A DNA stretch of 64,000 nt from Candidatus Nanoarchaeia archaeon (GTDB lineage: Archaea; Nanobdellota; Nanobdellia; Woesearchaeales; SKIA01). The DNA is taken from assembly GCA_028279685.1 (NCBI GenBank), contig JANQNG010000051.1, positions 9 to 64,008 of the forward strand, read 5' to 3'. Within the stretch, counting starts at the first letter, position 1; the number at the start of each line of letters is the position of its first letter. The notes under the pieces are model-generated. The model searched no databases and was not told the DNA's origin. It saw only the letters and a list, made by a program, of their open reading frames with translations. Below, one piece after another: positions 55,048 through 63,968 of this stretch. Both the position numbers and the translations under genes were made by a program.

Positions 55048-56181
55048 CTATTCAAATGAAGTATTATGTTCTGTAACTGAAAATGGTTCATCAAGCTTTG
55101 CCATATGCGCTGCTATTTCAAGAACATAGTTCTTCGTTTCCTTGAAAGGTATGCTCTCAATAGTTCCATCCCATATGTCATCATTTATCCATTCAGTGAC
55201 ATTACCATAGCCCGCATTATAGAGCGCATCTTGTAGCCTTATGTCATTGATTATTTCTGGCTTATCAGGGTATTTTTTTTGAAATGACTTTATCCCCCAA
55301 TTCATAGCATAGGTTCCCCAAGCAATATTAGATCGAGGGTGATAAGGGTTCTTAATTCCCCAGGATTTTGGATTGATCTGCATCAATCCTTTGCATCCTT
55401 TTCTTGATGTAACACCAGGTCTTCCTTCAGATTCTGTCTCAATTTTTGCTATAATCCATTTCTGAGAAAGATCATGCTTCTTGCTAAAATAATCAATATG
55501 CATTTTGTATTTGGATACCCATGGAAAATGCTGCGTTGCATGATTATAATCATAATTTTCTATGTACGTATAATTCTGCAGATTGCAATCAAAATCCTCA
55601 ACAGCATTAAGATATTTCTCCCAAGCAGGAATAATCTTAATAGGTTCCTCTTGTATATTTTTTTCAATTCCTCGAACATCTTTTGGTTTTATGAAATTAG
55701 CACCAACTTGTGTTACGGTAACTCCTAAAAGTATAGAAAGTGCAATAGAAGCATATTTCACTGTCTTCGGAATAGTTTTCTTCGCTTTTTCTATTCCAAA
55801 AGACACATCGTCACACATATCAGAAAGTTCCATAAAATCAGACCATGTTTTGATAACACTTTTATCTTCATGGTTATTATCAGCATACCATTGCCAACAA
55901 AGATCATTCATTCTAGAAAGAAATTTTTTCTCTTCTGGAGTCATTCTTAATTTTTCTATTGTTCTATTAATCTTTTGGAAACCATTAAACTCATTTCCGT
56001 TAATGCCACAATATAAATCAATGAACCTACTTATCTTACGTATACTTAACCCATCTAAACTCTCTATGCCTAGTGCTCTCGCAGCATAGGCCACTCTTTT
56101 TCTCTTTTTTGCTGATTGAACACCTACTACCATCCTCTCCAGGACCAATTTCCCCTTTATAAAGCTTACTATTTTTACCAC
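55048..56181 (-). CDS. lytic transglycosylase (SLT/GH23 domain) protein with TM segment
   Basis: IAKIETESEGRPG...GLMQINPKSWG...DALYNAGYGNV, i.e. the E-S, GLMQ and (A)YNAG SLT motifs. Confidence 0.75.
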   Translation of the reverse strand: MVKIVSFIKGKLVLERMVVGVQSAKKRKRVAYAARALGIESLDGLSIRKISRFIDLYCGINGNEFNGFQKINRTIEKLRMTPEEKKFLSRMNDLCWQWYADNNHEDKSVIKTWSDFMELSDMCDDVSFGIEKAKKTIPKTVKYASIALSILLGVTVTQVGANFIKPKDVRGIEKNIQEEPIKIIPAWEKYLNAVEDFDCNLQNYTYIENYDYNHATQHFPWVSKYKMHIDYFSKKHDLSQKWIIAKIETESEGRPGVTSRKGCKGLMQINPKSWGIKNPYHPRSNIAWGTYAMNWGIKSFQKKYPDKPEIINDIRLQDALYNAGYGNVTEWINDDIWDGTIESIPFKETKNYVLEIAAHMAKLDEPFSVTEHNTSFE

Positions 56182-56239
56182 TACTTAATAGTGTTGAGTT
56201 AAGCAATGTTTTTTAAAGAATCAGAGGCTCTCCTAACTA

Positions 56240-56509
56240 ATGACGTATAATCAGGAGCTCGAAAAAGCCATAGTTGAGATCAAAGAGAGCAGAGCAAAAA
56301 GAGCCTGTATTCAGCTACCAGATGGGATGAAACCTCTAGCAAAAGAGATAGTCGATGCTCTTAAAACACAAACTAATGCTGAGATCATTATATGGTTAGG
56401 CAGCAATTTCGGAGCATGTGATATTCCACTAAGTCTGGAATCATTAGGAATTGATCTTTTACTCTCTTGGGGCCATAGCTCTTTTCGAAAGAAGGAGGGA
56501 TGGTCATGA
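56240..56509 (+). CDS. dph2: 2-(3-amino-3-carboxypropyl)histidine synthase Dph2, N-terminal fragment (split gene)
   Basis: RACIQLPDGMKPLAKEIVDAL...GSNFGACDIPL...GIDLLLSWGHS corresponds to Dph2 domain 1. Confidence 0.7.
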   Translation: MTYNQELEKAIVEIKESRAKRACIQLPDGMKPLAKEIVDALKTQTNAEIIIWLGSNFGACDIPLSLESLGIDLLLSWGHSSFRKKEGWS

Positions 56510-57243
56510 AAATAAGATTCTTGGAAGCACCTTATGATGGTGAAGTAAAACTTTGCAAAGACACATTAGATTATCTTAAAGAAAACAATATCAAAACAAT
56601 AGGACTGTATGCATCCATACAATTTGCAAAACAACTTAACGCAGTAAAAGAACAACTTAAAAATTTCAACGTAATCACCTCACAACCTGACAGAACAACT
56701 GAACAGCATCAATTACTAGGATGTGACTGCTTCAACGGAAATCTGAACTTGAAAGAAAACGTTGATTGCTTCCTCTATATTGGAGATGGAAAATTCCAAC
56801 CATTAGCATTAGTATATGGGCAAAAAGATGCAAAAGAATTCATTCCTGTTGTCTGTAATGATCCTATAACTAATTCTATGACTCTACTCTATATTAATCA
56901 TGTTCAGAAAATTATGAAGGCATATAAAGCGAGTCTTATGAAATTCTTGACAGCAAAAACTATAGGCATTATTGTTTCTGTGAAGCAAGGACAACAGCAA
57001 TACAAAGCAAGTAAAGCAATAGAAGCCATATATCCTGACAAGCAGTTCTATTATTTTGTTGATGATGATATTTCATTCGGTCAATTAGAGAATTTTCCAT
57101 TCGTTGAAACCTGGGTGAATACTGCCTGCCCAAGAATAGGATTCGATGATCAGCAGCAGTTTTCAAAAGGAGTGATTAATTTGAGTGATGCACTGCAAGC
57201 AAATGATCTTCTTAGCAAAGCATCTCTTATGAATACCCTATAA
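56506..57243 (+). CDS. dph2: Dph2, C-terminal fragment (split gene)
   Basis: LLGCDCF and NTACPRIGFDD motifs. ATG 56506 overlaps the TGA of the first ORF (ATGA) with AGGAGG 7 nt upstream. The track start at 56500 is also possible. Confidence 0.7.
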   Translation: MKIRFLEAPYDGEVKLCKDTLDYLKENNIKTIGLYASIQFAKQLNAVKEQLKNFNVITSQPDRTTEQHQLLGCDCFNGNLNLKENVDCFLYIGDGKFQPLALVYGQKDAKEFIPVVCNDPITNSMTLLYINHVQKIMKAYKASLMKFLTAKTIGIIVSVKQGQQQYKASKAIEAIYPDKQFYYFVDDDISFGQLENFPFVETWVNTACPRIGFDDQQQFSKGVINLSDALQANDLLSKASLMNTL

Positions 57244-57283
57244 TTTTCATAACAATTTTATATAAGCTCATCCTGAATTACCT

Positions 57284-57670
57284 ATGCACCTCACAGCAAT
57301 TAAGATATTATCACTCATAGGTTTCTTATTATCTTTCTACGCACTTTATATTGAGCATAAGCTCAAAACAACAAAACATTACAAGCCGTTGTGCGATTTT
57401 AATCCATTGTTTTCCTGTGCTGCAATCTACAGGAGCAAATACGGTTCCTTTTTCGGATTCCCAAATTCCTCTTTTGCTATGATCTACTATTTCCTTATTT
57501 TTACTATGGCAACAATGAATTCTTCATTACTTCCTCTATTAATTATAGCAGGAACAATAGCAACAATGTATCTTGCTTATCTCTTATTCGTGAAACTCAA
57601 GAAGATCTGCCTTATCTGTACTTCCTGTTACATCATCAACGTTATCATTCTCATTCTTGTCATAATCTAA
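57284..57670 (+). CDS. vitamin K epoxide reductase (VKOR) family protein
   Basis: Four TM helices. LCDFNPLFSCAAIYRSKYGSFFGFPNS loop cysteines and CLIC in the last TM. Confidence 0.7.
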   Translation: MHLTAIKILSLIGFLLSFYALYIEHKLKTTKHYKPLCDFNPLFSCAAIYRSKYGSFFGFPNSSFAMIYYFLIFTMATMNSSLLPLLIIAGTIATMYLAYLLFVKLKKICLICTSCYIINVIILILVII

Positions 57671-57702
57671 ATGTTTATAAAATAGCGATATCTTAATCAT
57701 CT

Positions 57703-58215
57703 ATGACTGAAGTAGAAGCAAAAATTCTGGAAGTGGATAAAGAAAAACTTATTGAACAACTCAAATTATTAGGAGCTAAAGAAGTATTTGACGGCGAGAT
57801 TGATGCTCATTACTACGATACTCCTGATAGAATATTGAAAAAAGAGAAGAAAACATTACGTCTGCGAAAAGAAGGAGACCAAGCAGTACTCACCTCAAAA
57901 AAATCAATCAACAGAGACAAAGCAAAAATAGAAGAAGAATATGAGATTGAAATGAATGACTTCGAAGAAACAGAAAAAATACTGAACAATATAGGATTTG
58001 TAGAATTCGCACAGCAACCAAAACACAGAACCTCTTTGCATCTTGGAAATATCTGTTTTGAATTCGATACACTTCCAGGAATACCTACTTTTCTAGAGAT
58101 TGAAGCACCTACTATCGAAGATATCGAACAGTATACAAAGAAACTTGGCTTCAAGAAAGAAGATCTTAAACCCTGGACAGGAAAAGATGTATTGAAACAT
58201 TATAAGAAAGCATAA
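57703..58215 (+). CDS. CYTH domain protein (class IV adenylate cyclase CyaB / triphosphatase-like)
   Basis: MTEVEAKILEV (ExExK), LRLRKEG and FLEIEA are typical CYTH strands. Confidence 0.8.
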   Translation: MTEVEAKILEVDKEKLIEQLKLLGAKEVFDGEIDAHYYDTPDRILKKEKKTLRLRKEGDQAVLTSKKSINRDKAKIEEEYEIEMNDFEETEKILNNIGFVEFAQQPKHRTSLHLGNICFEFDTLPGIPTFLEIEAPTIEDIEQYTKKLGFKKEDLKPWTGKDVLKHYKKA

Positions 58216-58289
58216 GATTTTCATCAAAATATCAACAAGTAGATTCTTCAGGTTCAGGCAAACATCCCAAGGGGTTCGCAACATAGATC

Positions 58290-58697
58290 TTATCTTTCAT
58301 CCCAAACATATGCAATTAAGAAGCATTCTTTCAGATTACATTCAAGAATGGATATAGATTGTTTTCTAAATATTTTTCCTATTGAAAATTGAGATATACT
58401 TTCAAGAAGTGCAATATTTTGTTCAATTATATCTTTGATAATTTTTGAATGTTTTCTCTTGAAATTAAGTTTTAATTTGTAAAATTCTTCATTTTTTATT
58501 TTGTAGGTTGTGTCAGCCTTAAAAAGGCCACCAGTATGCATTATTTTATCTAATAATTGTACATTTTCTTTTTTTAGTTCAAGCACATGAATAATTTTAT
58601 TATCTGTTTCAATTGATACTTCTTTATCTGCAAGACTCAAAGAAAGTTCAAGCTCCTTGCTATTTGTTGTATAAATCTCTGTTTTGTTTTCACCCAT
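58290..58697 (-). CDS. hypothetical protein
   Basis: ORF only. Divergent from the RHH gene. Confidence 0.45.
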   Translation of the reverse strand: MGENKTEIYTTNSKELELSLSLADKEVSIETDNKIIHVLELKKENVQLLDKIMHTGGLFKADTTYKIKNEEFYKLKLNFKRKHSKIIKDIIEQNIALLESISQFSIGKIFRKQSISILECNLKECFLIAYVWDER

Positions 58698-58710
58698 ATT
58701 ACTTTTCTCT

Positions 58711-58766
58711 TTGCTGTATATATGGCTTTCATTTATAATATATAAATGTTTTGCTGTATATATGGC
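58711..58766. promoter_or_regulatory. exact 16-bp direct repeat TTGCTGTATATATGGC (58711-58726 and 58751-58766) in a divergent promoter region
   Basis: Seen directly. The copies are 40 bp apart and each contains a TATATA tract. The second overlaps the ATG of the RHH ORF. Confidence 0.6.
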
Positions 58767-58902
58767 AAAACCTGTTAGGCAGATAACCTTTAGAGTTCCA
58801 AAGAAAATGTGGGAAGATTTTACAATTAAAACTGTAAAAGAAGGAATGAATAAAACAAAGGCCTTGATAAGCCTTATTGAAAAATATCTTAAAAATAAAT
58901 AA
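58762..58902 (+). CDS. ribbon-helix-helix (CopG/Arc-like) DNA-binding protein
   Basis: MAKPVRQITFRVPKKMWEDFTIKTVKEGMNKTKALISLIEKYL, a beta-strand/helix/helix pattern. Start set at ATG 58762. Confidence 0.55.
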   Translation: MAKPVRQITFRVPKKMWEDFTIKTVKEGMNKTKALISLIEKYLKNK

Positions 58903-58977
58903 TTTTCTGATTTTTCGAGAAACCTTCAGTTCAACTAGGATTTAGTTTAGGAGCATTCCCTTTAAAATTTTATCACT

Positions 58978-59922
58978 CTATAATGAGTCAATATTCTGCT
59001 TGACGGAATTAACCAATGCATTAGCATCAGCTAGACAAGAAGACAATTTCCCAGGAACCTCATCAATCATATCGGCTTTACTCATATACACAATAATCTC
59101 TTTATCATATTCTCTTATTTTCTCTAATAACTTTTCTTGTTTCTTAAGATCATCAATAGGATCAAACACAAACACAATAAGATCAGACAAATACTTCATC
59201 GCTAAATACGCCTGTTTCTCAATCATGTTCATTTTTTCTGGACGATTTAATGTTCCTGGAGTATCAATTACTTGCACTTTCTGATGCTTATGTTCAAAGT
59301 AACCAATGTTCAATATTTTTGTAGTGAATGCATATGCCTTAATTTCTGGTTTTGCTGTTGTGATCTTTGACAATAATGTTGATTTACCTGCATTAGGAAA
59401 TCCGGCGATACAAATAGTGAACAATCCTGTTTTCACCGCAGGATATTTTCTCATTATTTTACGCGCTTTCTCAAGGAATACCAACTGCTTGTCGAGTTTT
59501 TTCATAATAGAATTTATTCTGCCAACAAATGATCTTCGCAATGTGCTGATCTTCGAAACCTCTTGTTCTCTTTGAATCTTTTTCCGAACATCACCATGCA
59601 ATTCAGTAATCTTCTTAGCACTCCAATCCACCATAGAAAGATATTGCTTAATGACATCCTTATCAATCGTTTCCTCCATCAATCTCTTATAGAAGATCGG
59701 CATTGAATCATAGCTTGGAAAACAAGTCACGATATTGAGCAACGCATGTCTGAGATACTCCATAATTTTTTTCATCCTGCTCTTTTCTATCTCTTTGCTC
59801 TTTGTCAGCCTATCTCTGAAAGACTTAGCCCTAATTAAACTTGCAGCCTTATCGCCTTTCCCCACAGCAGCCTCAAGATACTTTGTATATCTCTCCACCA
59901 CAGCCAGATTCTGGAAATTCAT
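58978..59922 (-). CDS. NOG1-family GTP-binding protein
   Basis: GFPNAGKSTLL (G1), VIDTPG (G3), SKAD (G4), with a NOG1-type helical N-terminal domain. Confidence 0.75.
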   Translation of the reverse strand: MNFQNLAVVERYTKYLEAAVGKGDKAASLIRAKSFRDRLTKSKEIEKSRMKKIMEYLRHALLNIVTCFPSYDSMPIFYKRLMEETIDKDVIKQYLSMVDWSAKKITELHGDVRKKIQREQEVSKISTLRRSFVGRINSIMKKLDKQLVFLEKARKIMRKYPAVKTGLFTICIAGFPNAGKSTLLSKITTAKPEIKAYAFTTKILNIGYFEHKHQKVQVIDTPGTLNRPEKMNMIEKQAYLAMKYLSDLIVFVFDPIDDLKKQEKLLEKIREYDKEIIVYMSKADMIDEVPGKLSSCLADANALVNSVKQNIDSL

Positions 59923-59972
59923 AGAAAGATAAATAGATGTTTATTTAAAAAAATATTTAAAGGGAATGTTTC

Positions 59973-60884
59973 TTGAATAAGAATATGGTATTAGAACATC
60001 TCTTTCCAGAGAAATGGCTTGAACGCAAATCAGGCTATGGATTTCTGCTTGGAGCAGGCTATTCCATCGTTGCCATCCTTATTGCACGCATTCTTTTCCC
60101 CTCCGATCCTGCATTAGTTGCTGTTGCATTCACCGCAATCCTTATTCTTCCCGAACTCTACAAAATGATGTCCATTGAGGAACGAGTTGAAGATAAAGAA
60201 AAAAGATTCACCTGGGGGAAACTTTTCAAAGATAACTGGCATCTTTTCAGAACCTATTTGGCAATTGCAGGAGGTATTTTCATAGTCTATGCTGTTGCCG
60301 CAGTTATTCTGCCAAGTATGAGCGTCAATCACCTCTTTGAACAACAAATCGCTATGAGATATGACGCAGGAAGTGCTGTGGCAGGCAGAGCTTTCAGCAG
60401 CGCAGGGGAAGCATTGGCTATGAGTGGCAAATTGTTCTGGGACATACTACTCAATAACTGGTGGGTTATGCTTGCCTGTTTTATTATCAGCCTCCTCACA
60501 GGAGATGGTGCTATCTTCTTAATCACATGGAATGCCTCAGTATGGGGCACTATCTTCGGCGTCACTGCAAGAAACGCTGCAGTCTTTACCAATGCAAATC
60601 CTATCTTTTATCTTTTACTCGTATTAGTGATTGTATTACCACACGCCATCATTGAAATTTCATCCTATATTATAGCCTCTATTAGTGGAGGAGTCATCAG
60701 CAAAGATGTACTGCTTGAAAAATTTGAAAGTTCTCGCTTCAATATAGTCTTTACCTATAATGTCCGCCTATTTCTTATAGCAATAGCAGTTCTTATCTTA
60801 GGCGCATTAGTTGAGACACTTGTACTGGACAATGTCACCATCTATCATAGAATCATCGAACAGAGCTATCTTGCTATCAGATGA
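59973..60884 (+). CDS. SpoIIM/DUF95-like integral membrane protein
   Basis: Multi-TM protein with LPHAIIEISSYIIA, which resembles the pHGxxE motif of the family. Confidence 0.45.
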   Translation: MNKNMVLEHLFPEKWLERKSGYGFLLGAGYSIVAILIARILFPSDPALVAVAFTAILILPELYKMMSIEERVEDKEKRFTWGKLFKDNWHLFRTYLAIAGGIFIVYAVAAVILPSMSVNHLFEQQIAMRYDAGSAVAGRAFSSAGEALAMSGKLFWDILLNNWWVMLACFIISLLTGDGAIFLITWNASVWGTIFGVTARNAAVFTNANPIFYLLLVLVIVLPHAIIEISSYIIASISGGVISKDVLLEKFESSRFNIVFTYNVRLFLIAIAVLILGALVETLVLDNVTIYHRIIEQSYLAIR

Positions 60885-60888
60885 CAAA

Positions 60889-61416
60889 ATGGATTACACA
60901 TCATTGCTTAAACTAGCACGGAATACTATCGAATCTTCTATTCACGATGTAGATATTAATGAAGATATTCTAGATGACTGCAAACAATTCAATAAAAAGC
61001 AAGGAGTATTTGTGACGCTGCACAAACATGGAGAACTTCGAGGTTGCATCGGCTTTCCTTATCCTCATCTTGAACTCTATAAAGCAGTGATTGAGGCAGC
61101 ACGATCTGCAGCATTTAATGATCCTCGTTTTTCTGCTGTCAAAGAAGACGAACTCAATAATATTGACATAGAAATATCAGTGTTGACAGAACCAGAAACA
61201 ATCAACCCAGATCCTAGCAATGTGCGTATTGGCACTGACGGATTAATTATAAAGAAAGGATTTAATTCAGGATTATTACTTCCTCAAGTGTTTACTGAAT
61301 ATAATGCATCACCAGAAGAAGCACTTCAGATGACTTGCCAAAAAGCAGGACTCTCCAAGGATGCATGGAAAGATGCAGAACTTCAAAGATTCCAGGCGAT
61401 CATTATCAGAGAATAA
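60889..61416 (+). CDS. AMMECR1 domain protein
   Basis: GVFVTLHKHGELRGCIGFPYP, DPRF and LLPQV signatures. Start set at ATG 60889, just after the previous stop. Confidence 0.85.
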   Translation: MDYTSLLKLARNTIESSIHDVDINEDILDDCKQFNKKQGVFVTLHKHGELRGCIGFPYPHLELYKAVIEAARSAAFNDPRFSAVKEDELNNIDIEISVLTEPETINPDPSNVRIGTDGLIIKKGFNSGLLLPQVFTEYNASPEEALQMTCQKAGLSKDAWKDAELQRFQAIIIRE

Positions 61417-62130
61417 TCATTTCCCAAATCTTCTCTCTCTATCAGAATAATCTTGTACGCAAGTAAGCAAATCCTCTTTTTCGAGTTCAGGCCATAACTT
61501 GTCTAAGAACACTAATTCAGCATAGCCTGATTGCCACATCAAAAAATTTGAAAGTCTTCTTTCGCCGCCTGTTCGAATAATCAAGTCAGGCATTGAAGAA
61601 TTGTAAACATTCTTATCAAATACTTCTTCATTAATGTCATCAACATTCAACGTTCCTTTCTTTATTGCTTCACCAATTTTCTTTGTTGCATCAATAACTT
61701 CTTCACGACCACCATACGCTAGCGCCATATTCACAATTAATTTCTTATTATGCTTTGTCCTTTCCATTACTTCATCAAGAATATCCTGCAACTCTTGATC
61801 AAATAAATTAATTCTTCCAATAATATTAATACGAACGCCTTTCTTATCAAGATTTCCGTTATCATCTTTTTTTATTAACCTTCTGGCTTCTTCTTTAAAT
61901 AAATTAACAATATAATCAAATTCTTTTTTTGGCCGATTAAAATTTTGAATAGAAAATGTATAAAATGTCGCTTCTTTAATTCCAAGTTCAAGGCACCATT
62001 CAACGACATTTTGAAATATTTTAGCACCCCATTCATGGCCCTTCCAAGGTTTTGCCATTAAACGTTTAGCAAACCTTCTATTACCATCCATAATAATACC
62101 TATATGCTTAGGAACTTTCTCGACATGCAT
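61417..62130 (-). CDS. uppS: cis-prenyltransferase (undecaprenyl diphosphate synthase family)
   Basis: HIGIIMDGNRRFA, FSIQNFNRP, IRTGGERRLSNFLMWQSGYAEL. Confidence 0.9.
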   Translation of the reverse strand: MHVEKVPKHIGIIMDGNRRFAKRLMAKPWKGHEWGAKIFQNVVEWCLELGIKEATFYTFSIQNFNRPKKEFDYIVNLFKEEARRLIKKDDNGNLDKKGVRINIIGRINLFDQELQDILDEVMERTKHNKKLIVNMALAYGGREEVIDATKKIGEAIKKGTLNVDDINEEVFDKNVYNSSMPDLIIRTGGERRLSNFLMWQSGYAELVFLDKLWPELEKEDLLTCVQDYSDRERRFGK

Positions 62131-62168
62131 GACTGGTGAGACCCCTTTTATTTTATAAATATTGTGCC

Positions 62169-63485
62169 TTACTTCCTAGTTACTTCCTCAGTAAGCTGCT
62201 TTATTGAATACTTCTTCTCCTCTCCTGTCTTCATGTTCTTAAGCGTATATTTACCCTCTTTGAGCTCATTCTCCCCAATAATCAACACATAAGGAATGCC
62301 ATATGCATTGGCGAAATCAAGGCATTTTGAAATGTTCTTCCCAGCAAGATCCATATCTACATTAATTCCTTTCTCTCTAAGCTGCTCTCCTATCTTTACA
62401 CAATCATTGAGTGTTTGGATAGGAATAATATATACATCAACAACACTCTTCTTCATCTGTTTCTTCTTGATTTTTATCGCTTCAGTTATTACCTCAAGAC
62501 CAAAAGCAAGACCTGTGGTAGGATATTCTTGTTTGCTTCCAAGAAAATCACTGACCAACCTATCGTAGCGCCCTCCAGCTGCAGTGCTTGAAGTAATTTC
62601 AGGAATATCTTTATAGAATACCTCATAGACAGGCCCCGTATAATAAGCAAGCCCTCTTGCTAAGGATGGATTAAACTCTATGCAAGTTATACCAACTGCT
62701 GAAGTAAGTTCAAGTATTTTTCCTACTTCTTCAACACCTTCCTTTCCGGCTTCAGTATTGACAATAGAAGCGATCATATTAAGTTTTTCCCCGTTGTTTC
62801 CAGAAACATTCAAAGCATTGATAAGTTTTGTTGCTTGTTCATCATCAATTCCTTTTTCTGAGAGTTCTTTCTTTACGTCGTCAACACCAAATTTCTTCAA
62901 TTTGTCAATAGAAAGCATAGCACCCATTCTTTTATCTTCTGGAATTCCTGCAAAATCCATTATTCCATCAAGAATTTTTCTGTTGCTCAATTCTATTACA
63001 ATATTGAATTCTAACTGCTTAAAAACATCATTCACAATCATAAGAATTTCTGCATCAGCAATAGCACTTTTAATTCCTGTGACATCAACATCACACTGCC
63101 AAAACTCTCTATATCTTCCTAGTTTTATAGGCCCATCTCTGAAAACTCTTCCGATTTCATATCGCTTGAAGGGCATCTTCATTCTAGTGTTCATGCCAAT
63201 AAATCTTGCAAACGGCTGTGTGAGATCATTTCTTAATCCTATCCTACGATTTCCTTGATCTGTAAGACTAAATGTCTCTTTCAGTATTTCAGCTCCTCCA
63301 CCATATTTTAATTCAAACAGCTCAAACCTTTCCAGTATTGGAGTCTCTAAAGGATTGTAGCCATATTTTTCAAATGTAGTCCTAAGTACATCTATAATAT
63401 TGTTCCTCAGGATCTTCTCCTCAGGAGGAAAATCACGAGTTCCTCTCGCATTCATCAATTGTATTTTTTCTGTCATGATAGTCAC
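62169..63485 (-). CDS. hisS: histidine-tRNA ligase
   Basis: ARGTRDFPPEE, FRDGPIKLGRYREFWQCD (motif 2), GGRYD and a C-terminal anticodon-binding domain. Confidence 0.93.
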   Translation of the reverse strand: MTIMTEKIQLMNARGTRDFPPEEKILRNNIIDVLRTTFEKYGYNPLETPILERFELFELKYGGGAEILKETFSLTDQGNRRIGLRNDLTQPFARFIGMNTRMKMPFKRYEIGRVFRDGPIKLGRYREFWQCDVDVTGIKSAIADAEILMIVNDVFKQLEFNIVIELSNRKILDGIMDFAGIPEDKRMGAMLSIDKLKKFGVDDVKKELSEKGIDDEQATKLINALNVSGNNGEKLNMIASIVNTEAGKEGVEEVGKILELTSAVGITCIEFNPSLARGLAYYTGPVYEVFYKDIPEITSSTAAGGRYDRLVSDFLGSKQEYPTTGLAFGLEVITEAIKIKKKQMKKSVVDVYIIPIQTLNDCVKIGEQLREKGINVDMDLAGKNISKCLDFANAYGIPYVLIIGENELKEGKYTLKNMKTGEEKKYSIKQLTEEVTRK

Positions 63486-63825
63486 CTTTTTTCCACGATT
63501 TATATATTTTCTTAAAAATAATAAAAAAAAAATTAATTTGGCATACTCCAGTATACCTCCTCTAGTCCACTGCCGTTATAGCATAGCTCTGCAGAGTAGC
63601 CAAGCTCAACTTTGTCAACTACCTCTTGGAGATTTTTTCCTACATCTCCTTCATAGAGCCATGCTATCTCAAGCATAAGACCTAAGTCAACCATTAATTC
63701 ATAGCAGTCGACAATGAACTCCCTGCGTAGCTCTCTCTAATGCAGAGGGCCTTTTCATTTCGTTTGTTTCCATTTTTGTTTTCCTCCGCGCTTTGAGCCC
63801 GCATGGCTTGAACATGAATTTAAAT

Positions 63826-63968
63826 TATTCAGCGTCGACTCACCTCTTGCTTCATTATTCTCAGAGCGCATTAGCGCCTTGTGAGTTTGACCTCGTGCCG
63901 CTCGAAGATACAGCAACGAGCTAGCAGAGAAATAGAAAGAGGCTCGTAATACTGACGCTGAATATTAT
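63826..63968. other. GC-enriched, ORF-free structured region closed by a 10-11 bp long-range stem; unidentified candidate ncRNA
   Basis: ATTCAGCGTC (~63830) pairs with GACGCTGAAT (~63955). Nested stems are ACTCAC/GTGAGT, GCGC-ATTA-GCGC and GCTCG/CGAGC. A palindromic ATTTAAAT box lies just upstream. Confidence 0.4.

Noticed and set aside
62680-63258. 192-aa plus-strand ORF; similar long antisense ORFs at 2170-2646, 51137-51607 and 55583-56089
   Set aside because: Each lies wholly inside a confidently identified gene on the other strand (hisS, the 868-aa protein, the ABC permease, SLT). Their Ser/Phe/Ile-rich compositions are typical of antisense frames.
63400-63678. 92-aa plus-strand ORF overlapping the hisS start
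   Set aside because: It is antisense to the hisS 5' end and then crosses its promoter region. It has no motif and no start context.
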